A stretch of 64,000 nucleotides of DNA, taken from Scenedesmus sp. PABB004 (lineage: Eukaryota). Both the position numbers and the translations under genes were made by a program. The DNA is taken from the NCBI GenBank assembly GCA_014905635.1, contig JABVCE010000013.1:992001-1056000 (forward strand), read 5' to 3'. Under the pieces are notes generated by a model. The model saw only the letters and a list, made by a program, of their open reading frames with translations. It was not told the DNA's origin and made no database searches. Positions 34,264-46,899 of the stretch are shown piece after piece. How positions within the stretch are numbered: position 1 is the first letter of the stretch; each line of letters begins with the position of its first letter.

Positions 34264-35422
34264 GGGGCGTGTCGCGGGGCCCGGAGGATGCGGACAAACT
34301 CGAATAAACGGCGCGGGGCGCCGGCGCTCATTGTGCCGCGGCCCCCTGACTGACTACTGACGCACGCCTGGGCCTCGATTCGAACGCGTGCTGCGCTGCG
34401 CTGTGCTTGCTGGGGGGGGGCCGCGCAGCCACGCAGCGGCCCCGGGCTGACTTGACTCATTTGACCAGCATGCTGGGGGGTGGCAGGCCCCCGATTTCCT
34501 TGCACGCGCGGCTGCCTGTGCGCCCGCGTGCGCGACCCCACGCCCCCCGCACTTGCACAGCACTTGCAGCCGCGCCAGCGCGCTGGCTGTGCCGCTTCGG
34601 CGGCAGCGCTGCCGCGGTCGCGCGGGCGGGCGCCGTCCGTCCATCCGCCGGCCCTGCGACGATTTCATGCCTGGCGCACGCGGGGCGCCGTTTTTGGCAG
34701 CGCAGTGGTGGTGTCGGTGTCGCGTGCGGCGCACGGCGTGTGCCTCGCGCCGCCGCCGCCCGGGCGCCCGGCCACTGCCGGCCCGGCGGCGCGCGCCGAG
34801 CGGCGGCGGAGAGCGGCGCCTCGGGAACGCTCAGCGGGCGGGTGGGCGCGGGTACGGCGGGGAGGCGCGGGGGAGCCGCGCCGCGCGCGCGCAGACGGGC
34901 GGCGCACCGGGGCCGGTGCGCCCGGGCGGGGGGCGCCCCGCGAGGGCGGGGCGGCCCTGTACTACTCGGGGCGGCGCGTGGGGCGGCACACAGCGATGTG
35001 TTCTGAGCTGGGCGGTGTGGTGTGTGGTGCGTGGGCCGCGCTGCGAGAGTGCGTGTAAAAAGCCAGGCGAGCCCGCGCCCCGAGCCCGGCGCGGCGGCGC
35101 TGCGGCGGCGGACGCGGCGCTAGCGCGCCGTGCCGGCCGCGGCGAGCTCGTCCGGTCGGGGCCAGCCCCCCTGGAGAGGCGCTGCCGGCCGGGCGCGCGC
35201 CCCGCGGCCGGGGCCGAGGCAGCCCGCGGCCGACTGTGCGCCGCGCGGGCTCGGGCAGCGCCCAGGGCACGATCATCGAACAGGCGGTGGACAGGCAGCG
35301 CGCGGTGGCCTTCAAAGCGAGCTGCCCGGGTTTAACGTGCTGCTGCTCCGCGGAGCGGGGAGCACGACGCCGCGCCGCCCGGCAGCGCCTGCACCTTAGC
35401 TCCGGCTTCCCAGTGAGCAGCC

Positions 35423-37739
35423 ATGGCCGCCGCTCTGCAGAAGTCGGCCTTCGTGGGCCAGGCGGCCTTCGCGCCGGCCACGGCCAAGCGCAGCAATGTG
35501 CAGCGCGGCAGCCTGCAGGTGCGGGATCGATGCGCCGCGCGCCACCAATGGGGCGCCCCGCGCGCGCGGCGGGGGGCGCGCGCCCCGGCGCCGCGGCCAG
35601 CGCCCCGCGCAGCACCGGCCCGGCACAATTGGGGCGCGCCGGGCCGCCCATGGGGCGGCCGTGGCGGCGCATGACCGCACGGGTCGCGCGGGGGCCGGAG
35701 GCGCGCCCCTCTGGGCGCGAGGGCGGGCTGCAGCAGATCCTCGGGCAGCAGCGGCACGCGCCCGGCCCTGGCGCCCTCGCGGGCGCGGGGGAGGCGTCGC
35801 ACCGGCGGCCTGCAGCGCGGGGCATCGCGCTCCTGCCCGACGGCGGCGCGGTGGCTCGGCGCGGGCGGCGCGCTGATGCTCGGGCGCCCGCGCTGCCCCC
35901 GCGGCGCCGCCAGGTCACGGCGGGCCTCAAGGAGGTGCGCGACCGCATCGCCTCGGTGAAGAACACCATGAAGATCACGGAGGCCATGAAGCTGGTCGCG
36001 GCCGCCAAGGTGCGCGCCGGCGCCGGCGCTGCAGCGGGCGGGCGGCGGGCCCGCCCCGGCCGCGACCGCGGGGGAGCAGCGACGCACAGCGGTGGCGCGC
36101 CGGTGTCACGCAGCAGGGGCGCGCGGGGCCCGCCGCCGGCGCGGGCCCCGCGCGCGGCCGGGCAAGCTCGCGCGCGGCGGCGGCAGGCGGCCGACCGGCC
36201 GCGCCGCGCGCCGCGCCGCGCGCCCCGCCCCGCAGGTGCGCCGCGCCCAGGAGGCGGTGGTCAACGGCCGCCCCTTCAGCGAGAACCTCATCAAGGTGCG
36301 GCGCGAGTCGAGTCGCCGCTGGCGGGCGGGCTGGCGGGGCCGGCGAGCAGCGATGCAACAGCAACGCAGCAGCCGACGAGCAGCGGCGCCCGGGCACGCG
36401 CTGCGACGGCGGCAGCGGCTGCTGAAGTTGTGTCCCCGACCTCGGTCTGACCGGTCGGGGCGTGCCAACTCCAGCAGCTGCCGCCGCCGCCGCTGCAGCG
36501 GGGCTGCGGCAGCCGGCGTCGGAGCGCGCCGCTGTCGGGAGCGCGCCGCCGTCGCAGCGCGCCGACGCCGTGCCGCCCCGCCCCGCCCGCACGCACGCGC
36601 GCCGCCCCGCGCCGCGCGCGCTGCCGCAGGTGCTCTACGGCGTGAACCAGCGCCTGCGCGTGGAGGACGTGGACAGCCCGCTGTGCGAGGTGCGCCCCGT
36701 GAAGACGGTGCTGCTCGTCGTCCTCACCGGCGACCGCGGCCTCTGCGGCGGCTACAACAACTTCATCATCAAGCGGGTGCGTGTGAATGTGTGGGTGTGC
36801 CGTCGGCGGGGTTCAGGGCTTAGGGCGCAGGGGCCCGCGGCGCAGCGGCAGCGCAGCAGCGCGCGGCGCCCGCGCGGCGCGGCCGGCCGACACACGCTGC
36901 TGCTGCCGCCGCGCCGCCGCCGCGCAGGCGGAGCAGCGCTACCGCGAGCTCACGGAGCTCGGCCTCGCCGTCAACCTGGTGCTGGTCGGCAACAAGGGCA
37001 AGCAGTACTTCGGCCGCCGCCCGCAGTACAACATCGTCAGTGAGTCGCGCGCGCCCGCCGGCACGCACGCGCCGCGCGCGCGCGCCCCCGCGCCGGCCGC
37101 CCGCTGACCGCCCCCGCCTCCCTCCCTCTCCCACCCTCCCTCCTTCCCTCGCACTCCCCCGCGCGCCGCGGCGCAGAGACGTTCAGCCTCGGCGCGACGC
37201 CGTCGACGCGCGAGGCGCAGGCGATCGCGGACGAGATCTTTGCCGACTTTGTGTCGGCCGAGGCGGACAAGGTCGAGCTCGTCTACACCAAGTTTGTCTC
37301 GCTCATCAACTCCACGCCGACCATCCAGACGCTGCTGCCGCTCACGCCCACGGGCGAGCTCTGCGACGTGGACGGCAAGTGCGTCGATGCGGCTGAGGAC
37401 GAGATCTTCAAGCTCACCACCCAGGAGGGCCAGCTCAAGGTCGAGCGCGAGAAGGTGACGATCGAGACGCCCGAGCTCGACCCGAGCCTCATCTTTGAGC
37501 AGGACCCGGTCCAGATCCTCGACGCGCTGCTGCCGCTCTACATGAACAGCTGCCTGCTGCGCAGCCTGCAGGAGGCGCTCGCGAGCGAGCTCGCGGCGCG
37601 CATGAACGCGATGAACAGCGCGACCGACAACGCCAAGGAGCTGCGCAAGGTGCTGCTCGTCAAGTTCAACAAGCAGCGCCAGGCCAAGATCACGCAGGAG
37701 ATCTCGGAGATCGTGTCGGGCGCCAACGCGACCGGCTGA
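35423..37739 (+). CDS. atpC: Chloroplast ATP synthase gamma subunit (nuclear-encoded, with transit peptide)
   Basis: GLKEVRDRIASVKNTMKITEAMKLVAAAK, LTGDRGLCGGYNN, redox insert GELCDVDGKCVDAAEDE, SELAARMNAMNSATDNA, RQAKITQEISEIVSGA. 5 introns; TGTAA at ~38017. Confidence 0.98.
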
Positions 37740-38418
37740 GCGGGCGCGGCGCGGCGGGAGGCGGCGCGCGCGCGGCGCGGCGCGCGGCGCGGCCCGGGAG
37801 GGGAGCGAGCGAGCGAGCGGCGGCGGCCGCGGCTGCCGCTGGGGAGCGCTGTGCTAGGGTCTCTGGCCAGTTGCGCGCGCGGGCGCGCGCCCGGCCGCGC
37901 CGCGGCAGCAACGCCTGCCGCGCGCGCCGGGCGCGGCCGCCGCCGGCGCGCGTGCAGCGATGCGGGCGCGCGGGCGCGCGCTGGCGCGCCGGTCGCAACC
38001 ACGCGCGCGCGGGAGCTGTAACTGGTGGGTTCTGCTCCTTGCCCGCTGCCGATGCGTGCGAGCGGGGCGGGCTGCGGCGGCGCTCGCCGCGCTGCGGCTC
38101 AGCGCTCGCGCGCGGTTCAACGGCGCCGCCGCTCGCGCTGTGCGCCGCACAACCACTGCGCCGGGGCGCGGACGCTGCTCAGACGAGCCGCGCCGGCACG
38201 CAGCGGCAGCGGCGCGGAGAGCCAGCGGCGGCGACCGCGGCAGCAGCAGCCCCCGCCCGCCCGCCGGCGCGTGCCGCGCCCATCACGCGCGCTCGACCGC
38301 GCTGCGTGGCCTGGGTGGCGTCCTCGTGCGCCAGCTGCCAGCTCGCGGGCTCGCGGCCTCCCGCGCCGCCGGCGCAGGCGCGGACAGCAGCAGCACACCG
38401 GCGGCAGCGCGGCCCGCG

Positions 38419-39995
38419 ATGCGCTGCCTGCGGCCGCTCAGCGGCCCCACGGCGCCCCGTGCCGCCAGGCCTGCGCCCTGCGGCCTCCACGCCGCGCCGC
38501 GCGCCACGCCGGCGCGCGGCCGCCCCGTCGGCAGCAGCGCTGGCGTGTTCGGCAGCGGCCGGCGCCGCCGCGGCGGCGCGCCGCCGCCCCGCGCCGCCGG
38601 CGCCGGCGCCGCCGAGCCCTGGCCCTGGCGCAGCCCCGACTGGCGCGCGCTGCAGGCGCAGGGCCGCGCCGCGGGCGCGCGCGAGCGCGAGCGCAGCGCG
38701 CTGGTGAACGAGGAGATTGTGTACTTCATCTTTCAGCTCGAGCTCGACGCGCAGCTGCAGCGCGCGCTCAACTACGAGGCCTACGAGGCCGCGCAGCAGA
38801 TCCGGACCAAGCGCGAGACGGTGCGGCCGGCCGCGCCCGCGCGGCGGCGCCCCGCGCGCAGCGGCCGCGCGCGGCGCTCGCAGCGCCCCCAGGTCAGGGC
38901 GCGGCGACCCGACCGGCGACACGCCGCGCGCCCCGCGCCGCGTCCGCCGCGCCGCGCAGGTGGACCTCGCACTGCGCGACATGCAGGAGCGCAAGGCCGC
39001 GAGCGCGGCGAGCAGCATGAGCGAGGAGGAGGGCGTGCTCGGCGGCGCGCCGCAGGCGAGCCTCGACCTCTCCGACTCCATGTCGGAGGGCCTCCGCCTG
39101 CGCAGCGAGATGCAGCGCGCGGTGCAGGAGGAGCGCTACGCCGACGCGGCGCGCTTCCGGGACATGCTCGCCGCGCTCGACCGCACCGCCAAGCAGGCCG
39201 CCGCGCGCGCGGCCGAGGCGGGCCCCGGCGGCGCCGCCGCCGTCGCGCTGCGCCTCGGCCAGCGCGTCGTGCACCGCACGCTCGGCTACCGCGGCGTCGT
39301 GGTCGGCTGGGACGTCGGCTGCTGCGAGGGCGAGGACTGGCAGGCGCGCGGCGCGCGGCGGCGGCCGCCTGCTCGCGCGGCCGCGGGCGCTGCAGCGCCG
39401 CCTGCGGCGGCAGCTGCAGCGGCCGCTCGACGCCCGCCGCCGCCTGACGGCCGCCGCGCTCCGTGGCCGGACCGCCAGGCCGTGTCGGGCGCGGGCGAGC
39501 TGTCGGGGGGCCTGGCGCAGCCCTTCTACCACCTGCTGGTCGAGGTCGGGGACTGGGGCTACGACGCGGCGCAGCCGCCGGTCGCGTACGCCGCGCAGGA
39601 GCTGCTCGCCGCGCCCGAGCTCGAGGATGACGGCGCGAGCTGGGGCCAGGTGCGCGCGCGCGGGCTGGGGCGCGCGGCGCGGCGCGGCGCGGCGCGGCAC
39701 GGCAGCCCCGCAGGGGGGCCGGCGGCGGCACCCTACGAGCCCGCCCGCGTCGTGTGCCGCGCGCCGCCAGGTGTACGGCACCGAGACGCTGCAGCACCCC
39801 TACAGCTACGTGCTCTTCCTCGGCTCCGACGCGCGCGGTGACATGCTGCCCTGCCGCCAGCTGCGCGACAAGTACAGCGCGCGCAGACGCGACGTCTACC
39901 GCCCCGGCACCGAGGGCGGCGGCGACGACGACGGCGACGACGAGGGCGGCGACGAGGGGGCCGGCGGCGGCACGGGCGGCGGCGCGCTCGCGTGA
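38419..39995 (+). CDS. CLPF: Plastid Clp protease adaptor ClpF-like protein (UVR motifs + YccV-like domain)
   Basis: Transit peptide; QLQRALNYEAYEAAQQIR and LRSEMQRAVQEERYADAARFRD (UvrB/C motifs); LRLGQRVVHRTLGYRGVVVGWD...QPFYHLLV...AYAAQELL...HPYSYVLF (YccV/HspQ-like). TGTAA at ~40244. Confidence 0.85.
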
Positions 39996-40617
39996 CTGGG
40001 GGCGCTGCCGCGGCGGACTCGGGAGGTAAACAACGGCGTCTGCGGCGCCGCGCGAGCAACAACACACGGGCGATCACGGTTGCCGCGACCGGCGCCGGCC
40101 GGCATGCGTTCAGTGCGCCGACGGCGAGGGAATGCCTGGTCAGCGCCGAGTGGCAGGAGCAAGGCAGACAGACAAGCAAGGCGCCTCTGCGCGAGGCGGT
40201 CCGGTCACGGCCAACGACGCAGCAGCTGCTGCAGCACACGCGTTGTAATGCACACGGGGCGCGACACGGGCGCGGCGCGCCGCCTTTGTGCAGGCGGCGG
40301 CGTCGGGCGCCGGGCGGGCAGCGCACCCCAACACACGCGGTCAAGGGCGCGCGCGGGTCCCTCCGCGCGCCGTCATCTGTAGTCATCAACAGAGGGCACA
40401 CACGCGCTGCTGTCTGGCGGCCGGCGCGCCTGCGGCGCCGTCGCAGCGCCCGTATCCGGCGCGCGCACACACCGCCTGCGCAGGCAATGGCGGCCCCCGC
40501 GAGGCCGCGCGTCAGGGCCTCCCCCCTCCAACTCGGCCTGTGCCGCTGCCCTGGTTGTCCTCCCATCGCACAGGTACAGTGCCCGGCGAGGCAGCGCCGC
40601 GCACGCCGCCGCCGGCT

Positions 40618-41249
40618 CTACTTGCGGGCGGCGACCAGGCTCTTGGCCGCAACGACCGCGCCGCCGGCGACGCCGGCCGCGACGCCGGCCGCAAAGTAAG
40701 CCTGCTCAGGCGGGCGGGCGGGGAGCGGTGAGCGCGGGCCGCACCGGCAGGGCAGCGCGCGCCGCGCGCGCGCCGGCAGCGCGCACGAGCGAGCGAGCGA
40801 CCCACCGGCGTGGCCCAGGCCTGCATGACCGCATCGGCGCGGCGCGCGAGCGCCGCGGGCGGCGCCCAGGCGCGGCGCGCCGCCGCCGGCCTCGGCGCCG
40901 CCGGCGCGGGCTTGGCGGGCGCGCGCGCCGCGGGCGTGGGCGCGAGCTTGCTCGGCGCCGGCTCGGCGGCGGCCGACGACGGCGGCAGCGGCGCGGACGG
41001 CTGCTCGCCGGCGCAGGGCTTCTCCTCCACGCTCAGCTTCAGCTCCAGGGGCTTCTCCGGGCCCTTGCTCGGCGACAGCACCACGCCCACGTGGCAGACG
41101 CTGCTGCCGTCGAGCAGCACGAGGCCGGGCGCCGCAGGCGGCGCCGCTGCCGCGCGCGGTGCCGGGACTGCCGCCGCGGAGCCGGGCTGCGGCTTTGATG
41201 CCGCGGGGCCAGGGCCGCCCGGCCTCCTCGAGGCGGCCTTGGCGGGCAT
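40618..41249 (-). CDS. Small Ala/Pro-rich protein with C-terminal hydrophobic tail (possibly tail-anchored), unknown function
   Basis: MPAKAASRRPGG...LVLLDGSSVCHVGVVLSPSKGPEKPLELKLSVEEK...WATP, intron ~40702-40806 (gtgggt..gagcag), then AYFAAGVAAGVAGGAVVAAKSLVAARK*. Confidence 0.6.
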
Positions 41250-41688
41250 GGCTGCGGCGATCGAGCGGCGAAAGAGAGCCGCTGCTGTTGTGTGCCGTGC
41301 GGCGGCGATCGAGCGGCGGCGGGCTGCGTGCGGCGCTGCGGGAGGCTTTAGAGTTCGGGGAGCGGCAGTGCGAGGCGGGGCAGCGGCGGCGGGCGGCGCG
41401 AGGGTTGAGCCCGATTTGAATGCCCCAGCACGCAGCCCGACGCTCCCGCAACACGCATTCCACTCGCTCACGCAACACGACGCCAACCGCCGACCTTCCC
41501 GCTCGCAGCCCCGCCGATCCCGGTGCTGCCGCTGCTGCCGCTGCCGCCGCTCCGCTGCCGCCCAGCGACGGGCCGGGGCGAGGCCTCCAATCGCGCCACG
41601 CCGCTCCCGCCCCCACGCTGCGCCGTCCGGCGGCGGCGCAAGAAGGCGCCGCCGCCCCCCCCCCCCCCCCCCCCCCCCCCCGCCGCCC

Positions 41689-44600
41689 TCACGCCGCGCC
41701 CGCGAGCTGGGCCTCCTTCTTCTCCAGCTTGACCACCTTCAGGTAGTTTGCGACCAGCACCAGCCCAAACACGCCCGCGCCGGCAAAGCTCACGCTCGCG
41801 CCCGTGGCCATCGCGCTGACGCTGAGCACGGTGCCCACGTTGACGAGCGTCGACGCGACGAGCGCCGACGCGACGACGCGCTGCCACGCCTGCACGCGCC
41901 CGAGCGCGCGCTCCGCCTCGAGCGCGCGCACGCGCAGCTTGAGGTCGCCGCTCTCGATGCGCTGCGGCGCAGCGCGGCGCGGCGCGTGAGCGGGGCTGGC
42001 CGCCGCGCCGCGCGGGCCCGCGCGCTCGCCCCTCGCCTCGCGTCTCTGAGCCCTCGAGCCCGCCGCCCGCACGCCCCGGCGCTGGGCCCGCCCCCGCCCC
42101 CGTCTCCCGCGCGCGCACCTGGATGGTGGACGCGATGTCCTCGATCTGGTTGGGACCGCGGAACAGGTTGACCACGGCGCGGTTCTGGTTTGACCAGCGC
42201 TTGGAGAGGTCCTTTGAGAGCGCCGCAAACGCGGGCTGGCCCTCGAGCAGCAGGTTGCGCGCGTACGGCGCGGCGATCTCGCTGATGTCAAACCTGGCAG
42301 GGGCGCGCCGGCGCGGGACGCCGGGACGCGGGCGCGGGGCGGGGCAGCGGGCAGGCGGGGGCGTGAGGCGGGCTGGCGCCGCGCGCGGCGCGGCGCCCAG
42401 ACGGCGCTGGCCGCGGTGTGGCGCGCGGCGTGCTGCACAGCAGCGTGGCGCGTGCAGCGCGCCGCACCGGGCGTCGAGGCTCTTGCCGATGCCGTCCAGC
42501 ACGGTGAAGCTGCGGGGGCGCAGGCAGGCGCGACCGGCGCGGCTCAGGTGCAGGCAGGCCTCGGGGGCGCGGCGGGGGGCCCAGCTGGGCGCGCGCGCCG
42601 CCGCCGCTGCGCAGCTGCAGCGCGCCGCCGCCGCCGCACCTGCGCACGACAAAGGTGAAGGTCGCGGGGAAGCGGAAGGGCTGGTCCGCCGCCGCGAGCA
42701 GCAGGTCCTCGCCGATGCTCGACAGGATGGCCTTGCGCCGCTCCTTGGCCTCGTCCTTGCTGCGCTGCGGCTTGAACTCGGCGCTGTACTGCTCCCCGCG
42801 CGCCGCGCGCTCCGCCTTCTGCTGGTCCAGGCGCTCCTGCGCGCGCGCGCGGGCGTGGCCGGCGGCGCGGCGGGGTGTGGGCGGCCGCGGGGCGTAGTCC
42901 AGGCGGCGGCGCGGCGCGGCAGCGCGGCGGCAGGCGCCCTCAGGGCGCCCATGTTGTGTGTTATCCCCCCCATCCCCTGCCCACCTGGAACGACTTGAGG
43001 AAAAACTGCGCGGTGCGGCGCACAGCGAGGCGGTCGCCGGTGGGCACGAGCACGCCCATCGCCACGAGCGCGTCCAGGCACCTGCGGCGATGGGCACAAC
43101 ACGCGCGGCGGGCGTGATGTTGGGACGCCGCGGCCGCGCGGCCGTGCCGCCTCCTGCGCCCCCGGCCCTCCACACTCGCGCCTCCCCCGCGCCGCGCACC
43201 CCCGAGCCCCGCCGCCTCCCCCGCGCCGCTGAGCCCCGCGCCGCTGAGCCCCACGCGTCCTCCCCCGCGCCGCTGAGCCCTGCCCCACTGAGCCCCTGAA
43301 CCGCGCCTGTCTGCGTCGCGCTCGTAGACGCCGTAGAAGAGCTCCATCAGCCCGCCCCGCACGCCGCCGGGGATGCTGCCCATCATGCCAAACTGGGGTT
43401 TAAACGGGGTTTGAATCGGCGTCAGCCGCGTTGGCCGATCAACCGAGTGACCGATTGGTTGGGCAGAGCGTCGGGGGCGGGGCAGGGGCGCGGGGCGGGC
43501 GGTGAGGAGCGCACGCAGAGGGGCGGGGCGCGGCGCCGGCGGCGGCCGCGCTGGCTGGGCCCCATCCATCCGCGCCGCGCCGCGCCGCGCCGCGCCGCAC
43601 GTCGTAGTAGATGAGGCGGCCGCCGCCCTCCGCGTCGACCGCGACGTTGCCGGGGTGCGGGTCTGCGCCCGGCGGCGGCGGCGGCGGCGGCGGCCCGGTG
43701 CGTCGGCGCGCGCCGCGCCACATCTGCCGCCGCCGCCGACCCGCCGCGCCGACCAGACCCTGGCGTCGCTGCCGCTCACCTGCGTGGAAGAAGCCGTGGG
43801 TGAGGATCTGCTGCAGGTAGCTCTCCACCGCGAGCCGAGCGAGGCGCTGGCGGTCGAGGCCCTGCGGACAGAGACGCGGCGCGCGGCGCGGCGCGGCGCG
43901 GGCGGTGAGCGGTGAGCGGTGAGCGGCGAGCGCGGCGCGCCCGCGCCCGGCGGCCGCAGGCGCGCGCCGACCGCACGCTGCGGGCGCGGCGCGGCGCGCG
44001 GGCGCGGCGCCTCGCGCGGCGCCGCGTGCCTGCGCGTCGAGCGCGGCGGCGTCGTTGATCTTGGTGCCGGGGCAGTACTCAAGCACCAGCACCTCGGGCG
44101 TGGAATAGTCCCAGTAGACCTTGGGCACCTGGGCGCGCGCGGGAGGAGAGGGCGAGGGCAGCGGTGTGGGCCGCGCGCGTGTGGCGTGCGGCGCGCCGCA
44201 CGCACGTGCGCCGCACGCAGCCGCGAGGCACACGCACACACGCACACACGCGCACACAAGCGCACCTTGACCCAGTCCAGCCCCGCAAAGTTCTGTCGGA
44301 ACTTGTCCGCGTTGCGGCCCTCGAGCGTGTAGTCAATCTCCTGCGGGGGGGGGGGGGGGGGCGAGAGCAGCGGCGCGGGCACGGCGCGCAGGTGGGCGGG
44401 CGCTCGGGCGGGCGACGCCGGCGGCGCGCGAGGGCGGCGCGCGCGAGCAGCGCGCGCGAGCAGCGGCAGCGGCGGCGGCGGCGGCGGCGGCAGGGGCTGC
44501 AGCAGGGGGCGGGCGGCGCGCCGCCTGCCCCGCGCACCTGGTAGAGGATGCGGCTGCACTCGTCGTAGATGGCGACCCAGTCGCGCGCCGCGCCGTCGGT

Positions 44601-46582
44601 CTTGGGGTCGACCTTCTGCAGCCACACCGCGAGCGCCCTGGGTGTGGGTGGGCGGCGGCGGCGGCGGCGACGCGGCGACGCTCGGCGCCGGCGGCCGGCG
44701 GCGGCGGCGGCGCGCGGCGCGCCTCCGCCCGCACGCCCACACGCACACGCACACACGCAGGCGCGGCCGCGGCCGCGCCGCCCCCGCCAGTGCGCGGCCG
44801 GCCCCCGCCCCCGCCAGCACAGCGCGGCGCGCGGCCGGCCCCCGCCCCCGCCAGCGCCAGCACAGCGCGCGCCTGATGTTCTTGAGGTCGATGTCGAAGA
44901 GTTCCTTCAGCCCCGGGCGCTGCACCTTGACCACCACGCGCTCGCCCGTCTTCAGCCGCGCGAGGTGCACCTGGCCCAGCGACGCGGCGGCGATCGGCTG
45001 CTCGTCAAACTCGGCGAAAAGCTCCCCCGGCGGCGCGCCGAGGTTGTCCTCCAGGATGCGCAGCGCCGTCTGCGTCTCAAACGGCGGCACGTTGTCCTGC
45101 GGCGCGGGGGCGCACGGCGGCGGCGGGTCGGCGCGGGCTGCGCCGCGGGCGTGCCGCGGCGGCCGGCGCAGCGGCTGCGGCCACGCCCGGCGCCGCTCCG
45201 CGCCCGCGCCGCGCCGCGCCGCGCCCGCTCCGGCGCGCCTGCAGCTTCTCCAGCTCCTTGACAAACTCCGGGCTGAGCACGTCGACGCGCGTTGAGAACT
45301 GCTGCCCGATCTTGATGAACGTCGGGCCTGGCAGCGGGGCGGCGGCGCGCGGCGCGCGGCGGCACGTGAGGCCGCGCGCGCGCGGGCGCGGCGGGGGCGC
45401 GCACGTGAGGGCCACCGCGCGCGCCCGCCGCGGCGCCGCGCACCGAGCTTGACCAGGCCCTCGCGCAGCCAGACGGCGAGCTCGCGCTTGCGCGCCGACA
45501 CGGCCTCGGGCGTCATGCCGCCCGCCTTCTTGGGGTAGGTCCACTTCTGGCCCAGCAGGAAGTAGCGCCACGCAAAGGAGAAGGCAAAGCCCCAGATCTC
45601 GCACGTGCGCTGCGGCGGCGGCGGCGCGCGGCGGCGGCGGCGTTGGCAGGGCGGCGTCGGCGCGCGGCGTCGGCGCGCGGCGCAGATGGGCCCGTGCCGG
45701 GGCTGGCCCGCCTGCTGTGCTTGGCCTAGCAAGCGAACAGCAAGAACCAGTCACCTGCCAGACCGAGTACGTCTTGAACTTGCTCCAACTGCCGCCGGGC
45801 GCCTTGTACGGCGTGCCGGCGGCGCTGCGCGGCCGCCGCGCGCCGCCCGTGGCGGCCGCGAGCTCGAGCTGCCCCGCCGCCTCGGCGTTCTGCTCCTCGT
45901 CGATCGTGTTGAGCAGCCGCGCGCGCTGCTGCTCCGCGCCGGCCGCCGCGACGGCCGCGGCCGCGGCGGGCGCGGCGGCCACGGTCGCGGCGGTCGCGAG
46001 CACGGCCGCGGCGCCGCCGTTGGCAGGGGTGGCCGCGCCGTTGGCCGCGGCGGCCGGCACGACCACCGTCACGGCGGCGCCGTTGCCGTTGCTGGCGCCG
46101 TTGCCGTTGCTGGCGCCGTTGCCGTTGCTGCTGGGCCCGGCGACGGCCTCGACCGTCTCGGTCGCCACCGCCTGCGTGCGGCGCGGCGCACGTGCGCGCG
46201 TGCGCGCGCGTGGGCCCGGCGGCAGCCTCCCAGCGGCCCGGGGCGGCCTGGCGGCCCGGGGCTGCGGCGCGCGCGGCGCGCGCGGCGCCGAGATTCTGCC
46301 GGCAGCGGCGAGCGGCAGCGGCGGCGCGCGCGCCGCGCCCGCGCCCGCGCCCGCCCGGCGCGCCGCCCGCCGCGCCGGGGGCGCGCATGGCGGCCTGCGT
46401 CGCCAATTGGGCCGCACCTCGCGGACGGTCACGCCCTCCCGACGGCGCGGGCCCGAGTGCGCGGGGCGCGCCAGGCCCGCCAGGCGCGGGCGGGCCGCGC
46501 ACGGCGCGCGCGGGCCGCCCAGGGCCGCGGGCCCGCGGGCCCCCGGCCGGACAGCCAGGGGCGTGCTCCGCGCGGCGAGCAT
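41689..46582 (-). CDS. ABC1K8: Plastid ABC1/UbiB atypical kinase, OSA1/ABC1K8 type (~14 introns)
   Basis: GGSWSKFKTYSVWQRTCEIWGF, LGPTFIKIGQQFSTRVD, PIAAASLGQVH, VVKVQRPGLKELFDIDL, EIDYTLEGRNA, HGFFHADPHPGN, LIYYDFGMMG, RIESGDLKLRVRALEAER. Confidence 0.93.
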
Positions 46583-46899
46583 GGCAGCAGGATGTGCCGC
46601 AGCGCTCGCGGCGTTGCTCCCTGGAAATAAATCGAGAGCGACGCGCGTGCGGGGAGTGCGGTGCAGCGCGTGCGGTCGGCTGGGCGAGCGCTGCGAACGG
46701 GCGGGCGCGTCCGGCCAACTCCCTGCGCTTCCCGAGGTCCTGCGGTCCTGCAGCGCAGCGCCAGGACCGGCAAACAGCACCCAGCTCCCGCCGCCAGCAG
46801 CAGCGCCAAGCCCGCGCAGCCCGCCACACAGCCCGCGCCGCGCACGCTCCGCCGCTGCCGCGCGCGACGAGCGGAGCTGCCGCCGCCCGCGCCGTCGCC

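Noticed and set aside
43393..43460. ggggtttaaacggggtttgaa as an interstitial telomere (also ttcaaattcaaattcaaa at ~56775)
   Set aside because: Only two degenerate units, not TTTAGGG/TTTTAGGG arrays; short A/T-rich intronic patches.
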